Origin: Pyrobaculum aerophilum str. IM2
Lineage (GTDB): Archaea; Thermoproteota; Thermoprotei; Thermoproteales; Thermoproteaceae
DNA: 32,000 nt
Reading direction: 5' to 3'
Assembly (NCBI RefSeq): GCF_000007225.1
Contig: NC_003364.1
Span: 150,001 to 182,000, forward strand
Shown here: in pieces, positions 7,400 through 14,492 of the stretch
Numbering within the stretch: the stretch's first letter is position 1
How the letters are laid out: every line of letters starts with the position of its first letter
Made by a program: the position numbers and the translations under genes
The notes under the pieces: generated by a model
What the model was told of the DNA's origin: nothing
Database searches by the model: none
What the model saw: the letters and a program-made list of their open reading frames with translations, nothing else

Positions 7400-9680
7400 A
7401 GGGCTCCAACGGGCCCGTGAAGTAGTTAGAGGTATCAAACATGGCATAGGAGAGGAAGTCCTCGTATATCCCGCTTCCCGGCGCAATGGTTTTAATACTG
7501 TGATAAAACGAGTGTTGAATTAACATCGAGAGCTTCACCTTAAGCCCTCCGGTGTAGGGCGGCAACTCATTTATACTCATTTTCCAGCCTGCCGCCTTTA
7601 TGTATCCAGTACCTGCGTCGTAGCCGTGAGAAATCCAATCCGACGACGGCGCACAATTTACATCGCCAGACACAGGCACCAGCATTGCAAATATGCCAAG
7701 CCCCCAAACCACATAGCCGAGAGGTCCTAAAAACGAGGGCATTGCCAGCCCGAAGATCTTACTTATCACAGCATAGCCTGTAATAGTGTTTCCAATCGCA
7801 TTAGTTACGGCGGCCACAATAGCGGCAAACGCCTCAAGCCACGGGTTCTGCCCCTCAACACTGACGTGAGTTGTCAATGAACCAACTGCGCCTTTCTTTA
7901 CGCTCTCAAACGCCAAGCACACCTTCTTAAGTTTAAGATACTGATCCAGGGGGATGTACTGTAGTGAAACTCTAGGAACTTCCGGAGTACGTTTGCCAAC
8001 ATCAGAGCCTGCTTGCGTAGCCAACACGGCATAGGCTAGTATGTAAACATCTGTCCATGGAGATATCGTCTCATTCTTTGGATCATACCCCGTAGACCAC
8101 ACTGAAAAGGCCAAATAATCTCTAAATACAATTGCAGGGGCTCTGTTTATATATACATATGTCCCCTGGTAATTTATCCAATTATTGGCGTTATGTCTCC
8201 ATATCTCTGGCCAGCGCTGGCCGTAGGCGAATAGGGATTTAAATGTCACAGCCACGTGGTATGGATAGCTGGCATAGAGGCTGGGGCTGAACTCCATGAT
8301 TAGCGGTATTACTGTGGAGTTGGCGGCGAGTAGAGGCACAATGGCAGATTCTGGTAGCGTCCCATAGATGTCATTGAAATAATAAGTGCCGCATTCAGCT
8401 GACGTGTATTTCTGCCCCGTGGCTGTAATGTAGGCGTTTGGATCCGCTGGCGTGTATATCTTCACAGTGAGGGTAGAGCTGGGGCTGCAGGCGACTACTG
8501 CCAGGCCTCTCAGCGCGACGTTTATGGGCATTTGGGCGCCTGGCGGAACTCTTACAGTAAAGAGGAGTCTAGATACCCTCACGCCGTAGCCGTAATCAGC
8601 TGAAAAGGCGTATCCCGGCTGGCCCACGGAGGAGAGCCAGTTTGCCGTGAGCAACGAATAGACGGAGCCGTCCTGGGGGGCGGGCCTGTTGTACACCACC
8701 GCTATAGAGGCGTTTACAGGGCGATTAGACGGGTTGTAGATCTCTGCGTAGAACCACAAATAGCTGTTGGCGTATGACGTCGCGCTTATGCGCGCCAATA
8801 GGTAGCGGCCGAAACTGGCTGCAGTCAGCGAGTTGCCCACGCAGGGGGGAGAGGTGGGAGACGCAGGGGGAGCGGGGGTGGGCGTGGAGTAGGGGCAGAG
8901 GTAGTAGCGGAAGGAGTTGCTAGATCCCCCTTGGATGGCCAGGTATATGTCAGAAACGCCGTGGCCTAAATACGCCCATGGAGTTGTGCCCATTACGAAG
9001 TCGTTGTCGGCATAGCCAGTGGCGTTAAAAAACCTCACAGGCGTATAGCTAGACGAACCGGCGTTTCTTGCGTTAATTGGCGACGCTGGGTTGAAGACGT
9101 ACCTCGCCCAACTGCTGACCACTGTGCCGCTCTTAGTCTCTGTGTAATACATCGGCTCCGCTTGACCTCCGGACTCGCCGAGTTGGGCGCTACCGCTTGC
9201 TTGGCCCTTAGGCGTTTTAGGCCTTCTGACGTCTAAGGGCTTGCCTTTGTAGTAATACCTCCCGCCCCTCTCCTCTGCATCTAAGTACACGTAGTAAGCC
9301 ACGGCGTTTGGAATCTCTGTGGCGTTTTTGGCGAAAACAACTCTGGCCACTCCCAAGCCCTCTATCTCTATGTCCACCACGTGCCCCTTCACGCCTGGCG
9401 GAAGCGCCGGCGGCCGCGGCGCGAAGTACTTTTTGGGTATGGCGAGGTATACGCCTTGCGGCAAGTACATGGTGGTGTTCAAGGCTCTTTCCTGCATTAT
9501 TACATCTCTTTCCACCATGATGTAGACAATGGGTACCGGCTCAACCGCTGTGGAGTTAATCACGACATAGGGAAAGCTGTCCCCCGGGCTTAACTCTACG
9601 AAGACATAGCTGGAAATATCCGCCGCTCTTAATATGGCTATTAACAACGCCGCCACTACTAGGACTCTTCTAGACAACAT
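7359..9680 (-). CDS. Large secreted protein with a Pro/Thr/Ser linker and hydrophobic C-terminal region (hypothetical, probably glycosylated)
   Basis: 773-aa ORF with an N-terminal signal peptide (MLSRRVLVVAALLIAILRAADIS). It has a PTPAPPASPTSPP linker and many N-x-S/T sequons. TM-like stretches lie near the C-terminus (AFAAIVAAVTNAIG.., YVVWGLGIFAMLVPV). No catalytic motif recognised. Confidence 0.7.
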   Translation of the reverse strand: MLSRRVLVVAALLIAILRAADISSYVFVELSPGDSFPYVVINSTAVEPVPIVYIMVERDVIMQERALNTTMYLPQGVYLAIPKKYFAPRPPALPPGVKGHVVDIEIEGLGVARVVFAKNATEIPNAVAYYVYLDAEERGGRYYYKGKPLDVRRPKTPKGQASGSAQLGESGGQAEPMYYTETKSGTVVSSWARYVFNPASPINARNAGSSSYTPVRFFNATGYADNDFVMGTTPWAYLGHGVSDIYLAIQGGSSNSFRYYLCPYSTPTPAPPASPTSPPCVGNSLTAASFGRYLLARISATSYANSYLWFYAEIYNPSNRPVNASIAVVYNRPAPQDGSVYSLLTANWLSSVGQPGYAFSADYGYGVRVSRLLFTVRVPPGAQMPINVALRGLAVVACSPSSTLTVKIYTPADPNAYITATGQKYTSAECGTYYFNDIYGTLPESAIVPLLAANSTVIPLIMEFSPSLYASYPYHVAVTFKSLFAYGQRWPEIWRHNANNWINYQGTYVYINRAPAIVFRDYLAFSVWSTGYDPKNETISPWTDVYILAYAVLATQAGSDVGKRTPEVPRVSLQYIPLDQYLKLKKVCLAFESVKKGAVGSLTTHVSVEGQNPWLEAFAAIVAAVTNAIGNTITGYAVISKIFGLAMPSFLGPLGYVVWGLGIFAMLVPVSGDVNCAPSSDWISHGYDAGTGYIKAAGWKMSINELPPYTGGLKVKLSMLIQHSFYHSIKTIAPGSGIYEDFLSYAMFDTSNYFTGPLEPYALGVGRFYLKIQ

Positions 9681-9683
9681 GCG

Positions 9684-9917
9684 TCAAAAAAAAACGGATT
9701 TATAAATCTTGAGGCGGGAATAGGCTCTGAGGTAAGGGAGTTGGCGCCAAGGAATGAGGAACCGGTTGCCAGAACTTGGAGCTATCTCAAAGGCGCATGG
9801 GGCCCTCCCGCGTGCTCTCACCGCCACGTAGTTTACAGGTCGCCGGAAGAAGTCAAGGACTTCCGCTATTCTCACACCGCTACCCTTGCCGTAAACATAT
9901 ACCTCAATGACGCTCAT
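9684..9917 (-). CDS. Hypothetical 77-aa ORF (doubtful)
   Basis: The ORF begins MSVIEVYVYGKGSGVRIAEV... Its 3' end runs through the putative TATA box and T9 tract of the next gene. No homology recognised. Confidence 0.25.
   Translation of the reverse strand: MSVIEVYVYGKGSGVRIAEVLDFFRRPVNYVAVRARGRAPCAFEIAPSSGNRFLIPWRQLPYLRAYSRLKIYKSVFF
9686..9707 (-). promoter_or_regulatory. TATA box plus T9 homopolymer directly upstream of the 773-aa gene
   Basis: The minus strand reads ATTTATAAAT-CCG-TTTTTTTTT-GACGC-ATG. The TATA centre is ~22 nt from the ATG at 9680. The T9 run (9686-9694) sits between the TATA box and the start codon. Confidence 0.4.
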
Positions 9918-10079
9918 AGATATAGCTAGTGCCTACTGCGCTGAGTTGTGGGCTATGGCGTAAAGGTATAGATACCGTCCGTTTCTAATGTCGCCACCTC
10001 CGAGGGAGGCGCTTTTCCAGCCCCCTATACATTGCCAATATATCACCGCGCGTATATACGTACATCACATGGCCGCCCA

Positions 10080-10505
10080 TTAGCCCCTGCGCGAGAGGTT
10101 AAACGGCTTTCCCTGTTGCAGAATCTTGTCAGCTATGTCGGGGGCCAGCCGCTTGAGGTCTTCGGCGACTGATTCCAGGAACTGTAGCTCTTCCTTTTCA
10201 TTTCTCAACTCGTCGGGGAGCATCCTCGGAATCTCCTCTATTATGGGGTACCAGCGGCCGCAGTTGGGGCAGTAAATCACCCCCGTCTCAATCTCCCACT
10301 TGTGGCACTCCTCGCACGGTAGGGTGTCCGGCTTGGGGTGCTCCTTTATTTTAAGGTCGCGGTAAGAGCAGTACTCCTCGCAGAAGGGCTTCCTGGGCCA
10401 GGTGTACTGCCTCTCGGGGTGCTCTGTGCGTTTTATCACCACAAGCCTCAGGGGGAAGGTCTTGTCGTAAGGGCAGGCCAAAACGTCCATGAGCCTGTAC
10501 TTCAT
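10080..10505 (-). CDS. Trm112/UPF0434-like zinc-ribbon protein with an inserted Cys-rich segment
   Basis: The N-terminus LMDVLACPYDKTFPL and the C-terminus IYCPNCGRWYPIIEEIPRMLPDEL match the split Trm112-type zinc ribbon (CP..C ... C..C..YPI..GIP.ML). The insertion carries CEEYC and CEEC. Confidence 0.65.
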   Translation of the reverse strand: MKYRLMDVLACPYDKTFPLRLVVIKRTEHPERQYTWPRKPFCEEYCSYRDLKIKEHPKPDTLPCEECHKWEIETGVIYCPNCGRWYPIIEEIPRMLPDELRNEKEELQFLESVAEDLKRLAPDIADKILQQGKPFNLSRRG

Positions 10506-10574
10506 AACACCCAGAATGCGAGTATTAATAAAAATTGTCTATGGGAGCCCTTTAGCCCTAAAGCCCGCCCACGA

Positions 10575-10967
10575 CTAGACGAATTTGCACTCAATCCCCT
10601 CTAGCCTAGCCGCGTTGCAAAGCCTCCCGTCCCCCGTTATTAACGCCGAATTTGTCTGGATGGCGGATACTATTTGAAGGGCATCTGCGATGTATAAGCC
10701 GTGTCTCTCTACGTATTTACTCGCCTCCAAGACTTGGCCTATTGTAAGCGGCAGTAACCTCATGGCGCCTAGCCTTGTCAGCCTCCTCACGTCTCCCAGC
10801 AACCTCTTTTTGAGGAGGGGGTATACCTCAAGCTTGCCGGCTCTCCTAGCGGCTTTGTGAATAGCGGAGAGGGCCTCTCCCACGTTGAATAAGTGTGTGT
10901 ATAACAACGCATCGCCGTTATAGGCGGAGATAAATATTTTCCTCACCTCCTCTAAACCCTTCTCCAT
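10575..10967 (-). CDS. PIN-domain-like (VapC-like) protein, atypical N-terminus
   Basis: The C-terminal two-thirds fit the PIN pattern: GEALSAI.., LYIADALQIVSA, ALITGDGRLCNAARLEGI. The usual first acidic residue in strand 1 is not evident (KIFISAY). A 32-codon ORF (10952-11050, MCRKKAERGQVQLDALRRFKALKDVVDQWRRV) overlaps the start and could be an antitoxin remnant. Confidence 0.45.
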   Translation of the reverse strand: MEKGLEEVRKIFISAYNGDALLYTHLFNVGEALSAIHKAARRAGKLEVYPLLKKRLLGDVRRLTRLGAMRLLPLTIGQVLEASKYVERHGLYIADALQIVSAIQTNSALITGDGRLCNAARLEGIECKFV

Positions 10968-11994
10968 TGATCTACTACATCTTTCAGCGCCTTGAATCGG
11001 CGCAGGGCGTCTAGCTGTACTTGACCCCTCTCCGCCTTCTTCCTACACATAATCCGTCCCCATCATTCTCAGTACTTTCTCCGTTCACTCGTCCTCTGTA
11101 TATACGACGAACTAAATGTCCTTATCACGACCTAGCTTAATGGTATATTACTGGGAGCCCCCTGTCTACGCCAGTTCCGTCTCTCTGTTCAAAAACTACG
11201 GCGACAAGCACTTTTTAAAACACAGCGCTTCTCACGGCTCAACGTCCGTGAAAACCCTGAGTTTAAAAGGAATGGGAAAAACTATAACTCGCTTTTTGTA
11301 GTTTACCGCAAGCGTTGCCAATATTGCAAATAAAGCTAGCAATAAGCCATCTGTCGGTTATCAACACGCCCATTCGTAGACATGCTCTCAGCAACATACA
11401 TTTTGTCGGCTATAGATTCAGTCGTCATCTCTACAGCGGCAAGGAGTTTGTAGCTTATGTCCCAGCGATCTACAACATCTATTCAAATAGTCCTCTCCTC
11501 CGATTTTTCTCGCCGTAAATTAACCTCCAGCCGGCCCACTCTTTAATGTGCAGAAGACGACCAGGTAAATCCCTCAGCGTTGGTACACTCATGCAATATC
11601 GCTACCTCCTTCTCAACAACGCCTCTAGCTTAACCTCAGTAGTTTGTCACTGACATATGTGCTTTTGCGACACATGAAGTTTTGCCTGACGGCTTACAGA
11701 TAGCACAAGCATATCGCTAAGAGCACAAAAGGGATTTTGATATCTGCTAACTCGCCGCTTCTCAGGGGCACTACAATGTCTACCGGGCGTCTCTCTAGCG
11801 CATGTCATGTGGCGTATATCTCCATTACTCTGCGCCAAGTCTGGACATAGGTGTAACCACAGCCAGCTCCACCGTTGGAACACTAAATGTGTAGCGCCAA
11901 AATTGTTAAAACGTCGGGACCCGACTCCTCATCCGCTTCAAGTCATATTAGATAGTTTTTCACATGATGGAGGATAAAAAAGAGCAACGCCTTG

Positions 11995-12159
11995 TTAAAT
12001 GCCTATCCCTATGCCAATAACAATAGAAAGAGTTAATAAAATAAAGAGGAGTAACCTAATAGGGAGCCTAGGGGCATAGAGCTCTTTGTAGACATAAAGA
12101 AGGAGGGCTTGCCATAAGAACAGGGCCCCTGTTGTAAAGACTTGATTAACTAGATCCAT
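11995..12159 (-). CDS. Small hydrophobic peptide (54 aa), last gene of the radical-SAM operon (not in the supplied ORF track)
   Basis: My own translation is MDLVNQVFTTGALFLWQALLLYVYKELYAPRLPIRLLLFILLTLSIVIGIGIGI*. The ATG at 12159 overlaps the 3' end of the rSAM gene by 14 nt. It has two TM-like segments. It lies in AT-rich DNA, where long open frames are less expected by chance. Confidence 0.3.
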   Translation of the reverse strand: MDLVNQVFTTGALFLWQALLLYVYKELYAPRLPIRLLLFILLTLSIVIGIGIGI

Positions 12160-13159
12160 GTGCCTTTGTTGGTAACATACTTTTATCTGTTGACGGCAAT
12201 ATCTCCCTCAACAATTCGTCTTTGATATTTAACAGCTTATCTCTATATTTTGTCCCGGCCAGATAGCAGACTTCACATGGGTGTAACACCTCATCTTCCA
12301 TATTCAGCTTCTTCATCAAGGCGGCTGGCCCCTTTACTCTAAGATACCACGCAAGGATGTGGCGATTTAGTCTCGCAACGATAACTTCTAGCGATTCATT
12401 TTTTATATTGCCTACCACAAAGAGAGGCCTTGCTTCTGTATTTATAGCATGACCGCAACAGAAGGTTATATCGCCGTTTGGGTGTACTACAATCTTAGCT
12501 ACAGCATCGACACAGCCTACACCTTCTTTTGGTCGATTTGTCTGAGATATTGCGCCACGGGGTATTTTAAATCTGGCTCTGCCTAATGGGGCGGGGAAAT
12601 CTTCAGTAACTATGACGTTGGTCAAACCAGCCTCATCCAGCTTTGATCTGATACGGTCATAATCAGGTTGTCCATCATCTACAGCAAGCTTGATCGTTCC
12701 CACCACTACGTCAAGACCTAACTCCACCGCCGCCCTTGCTGCGTTTACCACATTGGTAAACCCGCCAAATCTCTGAAGATGCGGCAAGTGAAATCTATCA
12801 AAACTGATATTCAGCTCCCTTAGGCCCAATGTAGCAAGTTCTTCCAGAAATTTTCTTGCTCTTTCGTAAGTCGAAGCCCACCACGCATTAGTGACAAGTC
12901 TTGTAACAAAGCCTAGATCCGCGGCGAGCTTTATCCCACGCTTAAGATGTTCTGGGAATAAAGTAGGCTCACCGCCGGTAAAAACCACTACTTTAATTGA
13001 GGGAATCCAATAAGCCTCTCTGATGACTTTCTCTAAATAATCCAACTCAAGAACGGTGAACTCACGTGGTGACGACCCTATGCTACAGTGGTCACATTCA
13101 AAATTGCATTTGTAACTATACATGAAGACTAGAGTATCGGGAATTGCGAAAAAAGACAT
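12146..13159 (-). CDS. Radical SAM enzyme with a SPASM/twitch-like C-terminal Cys-rich extension
   Basis: CNFECDHC is the CxxxCxxC cluster motif at residues 18-25, and FTGGEPTL is the GGE motif. The C-terminal part reads GCVDAV..VHPNGDITFCCGH..VVGNIKNESLEVIV..HPCEVCY. It has five Cys and the 'GN-I/L-x-x-x-S-L' pattern typical of peptide/protein-modifying SPASM-family maturases. Confidence 0.85.
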   Translation of the reverse strand: MSFFAIPDTLVFMYSYKCNFECDHCSIGSSPREFTVLELDYLEKVIREAYWIPSIKVVVFTGGEPTLFPEHLKRGIKLAADLGFVTRLVTNAWWASTYERARKFLEELATLGLRELNISFDRFHLPHLQRFGGFTNVVNAARAAVELGLDVVVGTIKLAVDDGQPDYDRIRSKLDEAGLTNVIVTEDFPAPLGRARFKIPRGAISQTNRPKEGVGCVDAVAKIVVHPNGDITFCCGHAINTEARPLFVVGNIKNESLEVIVARLNRHILAWYLRVKGPAALMKKLNMEDEVLHPCEVCYLAGTKYRDKLLNIKDELLREILPSTDKSMLPTKAHGSS

Positions 13160-13416
13160 TATACTCCTTTATAAGTTAACGAAATGTGATATATGGCAGG
13201 CGCCACGACAACCGCATATACCCATACCGCTACTGCGTGCCAGACGGCACCTACCATGTTAACTACGCCGGCTACGTTGAAGAAAACATACAAGTTTAGC
13301 TCAACCCAAGTATTTACAGAAGTAGAGCCATATTCAAGTGGTTTAGCGAACTCGGCGCTATGGTATAGCAATAAGTTTTCTTTTATATCTAAGTCTGCTA
13401 TTAAGTGCAATATCAT
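13159..13416 (-). CDS. 85-aa hydrophobic small protein/peptide (possible rSAM substrate or membrane partner)
   Basis: Its start overlaps the upstream stop (ATGA at 13413-13416) and its stop overlaps the rSAM ATG (TAATG at 13157-13161). It has a polar N-terminal ~40 aa followed by a hydrophobic, Trp/Val/Ala-rich C-terminal half (NVAGVVNMVGAVWHAVAVWVYAVVVAPAIY). It contains no Cys. Confidence 0.5.
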   Translation of the reverse strand: MILHLIADLDIKENLLLYHSAEFAKPLEYGSTSVNTWVELNLYVFFNVAGVVNMVGAVWHAVAVWVYAVVVAPAIYHISLTYKGV

Positions 13417-13982
13417 AGCTCTTCGCCACTCTTATTATCCGGCCCTCTTGTTGCCTCTCCGTAATATACACGCATTATGATATCTACTGTTCTCACAACT
13501 TTTTGCTTTTTCTCTTTTAGCGCCTTGTCTCTAACTTCACTAAGATATTCCTTAGGCGTATGCTTTCTTTCAATTTCACCCATTACGTGTTCTGTATCGT
13601 CACCAATTCCTATGAATCTGGCTTTATCTCCTTCCTCAAACACAGCAACTGAGGGCTGCAATATAGTCTGGTTTGCATGTTTTACAACCCAGGCATGCAA
13701 GACATATGCCTTGCCCTTATAATTGGTCACATGGATTACGGCTTTCGTAACATTTGCTACGTGGCTACGTTTTTCATCAACTTCTTTAATTTCTACACAG
13801 TAACCTTCCCCGGAAAGTTCATTGGCCCTAGGCGCATAGGCTAACGCCATTAATGGATTAAGGCTTATTGCTAACAGGAAGGAAGCGCTTATATTTGCTA
13901 GGAACTCTCTACGCTTGATTAATTCCTCGAAGTTCTTTATCTCCCTTAATTTATTTTGAGTATTTCGTGTAGGCTGGGACAT
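13413..13982 (-). CDS. Tat-signal-bearing exported protein (hypothetical)
   Basis: 189-aa ORF with a twin-arginine motif KRREFLANISASFLLAISLNPLMALAYA, followed by a ~130-aa soluble domain with a single Cys (GEGYCVEIK). It is the first gene of the coupled operon. Confidence 0.65.
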   Translation of the reverse strand: MSQPTRNTQNKLREIKNFEELIKRREFLANISASFLLAISLNPLMALAYAPRANELSGEGYCVEIKEVDEKRSHVANVTKAVIHVTNYKGKAYVLHAWVVKHANQTILQPSVAVFEEGDKARFIGIGDDTEHVMGEIERKHTPKEYLSEVRDKALKEKKQKVVRTVDIIMRVYYGEATRGPDNKSGEEL

Positions 13983-14492
13983 AAGCTTTTTTTTCCTGTA
14001 TTTTTAAGCCTTATGCTGTTAAACATACCGTGTTACTATAAGGGGTTATTGGTCGTAATTTCCGTATATGTTTTGATAGGGCTTATTAACTATATAATTA
14101 TTGCGTCCCCAGCCCCGCTCGTTCTAAAAATCTTTATCATCTCTATATCTTCGGGGGCGTCTCTTCAGATTTTCCTCTGGATTCCGAAAGAGGCATATGT
14201 GAAGGAAGGGGGAGTGCTATTAATGGGACTAGTGCGTAGGAAGTTTATCCCGGGAGAGGTCATGGAGGAGTATACATACGAGGAAGTCAGACGAAGGATC
14301 TCGTTCGTACCTGTTGGGAATAGGGTTATTTTACACTGCTTTTTCTGGGGCCTATACGGGAGCTTTCAGAGACGCAACGGGGAGTGGGTTAGTGTGGACG
14401 TCTATGCCGGGAGAGACTGCAAGGGCAAGTGGCTTTTGCTTAAAAAACGGGGGCAGGAGAAGTACCTCTTAGTCTGTCCCGGCAACACATGA
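13956..14492 (+). CDS. Hypothetical membrane protein (three TM segments plus a ~90-aa soluble C-terminal domain); start uncertain
   Basis: 178-aa ORF. The N-terminal hydrophobic part is encoded in AT-rich DNA and the C-terminal part (from MGLVRRKF.. at 14223) in GC-rich DNA. Alternative starts are 14013 and 14223. Its stop overlaps the CPBP ATG (ATGA at 14489-14492). Confidence 0.45.
   Translation: MSISCRLGHKLFFPVFLSLMLLNIPCYYKGLLVVISVYVLIGLINYIIIASPAPLVLKIFIISISSGASLQIFLWIPKEAYVKEGGVLLMGLVRRKFIPGEVMEEYTYEEVRRRISFVPVGNRVILHCFFWGLYGSFQRRNGEWVSVDVYAGRDCKGKWLLLKKRGQEKYLLVCPGNT

Noticed and set aside
6806-7486. Full 226-aa version of the membrane-protein ORF
   Set aside because: The first 29 or more codons overlap the 3' end of the 773-aa gene by 128 nt. 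They encode a non-hydrophobic, Arg/Ser/Thr-rich stretch. An internal ATG (7399, or 7237) is more plausible, so the N-terminal extension was not accepted.
9308-9593. Three plus-strand ORFs (68-70 aa) inside the 773-aa gene, and 7236-7523(+)
   Set aside because: They are antisense to long ORFs with a signal peptide and glycosylation sequons. Their Arg/Pro/Trp-rich composition marks them as shadows.
9681-9917. Possibility that the 77-aa ORF and the 773-aa ORF are one gene read through an in-frame TGA (recoding or selenocysteine)
   Set aside because: The two ORFs are in the same frame, separated only by TGA-CGC. However, the 773-aa product begins exactly with a canonical signal peptide at its ATG. 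A TATA box sits ~22 nt upstream, inside the 77-aa ORF. I see no SECIS-like context, and a shared frame occurs by chance one time in three.
11022-11121. Candidate C/D-box sRNA on the minus strand (..CUGAGAAUGAUGGGG..)
   Set aside because: Only a D'-like CUGA and a C'-like AUGAUGG are present. There is no proper terminal C box upstream, and no D box at ~12 nt spacing downstream.
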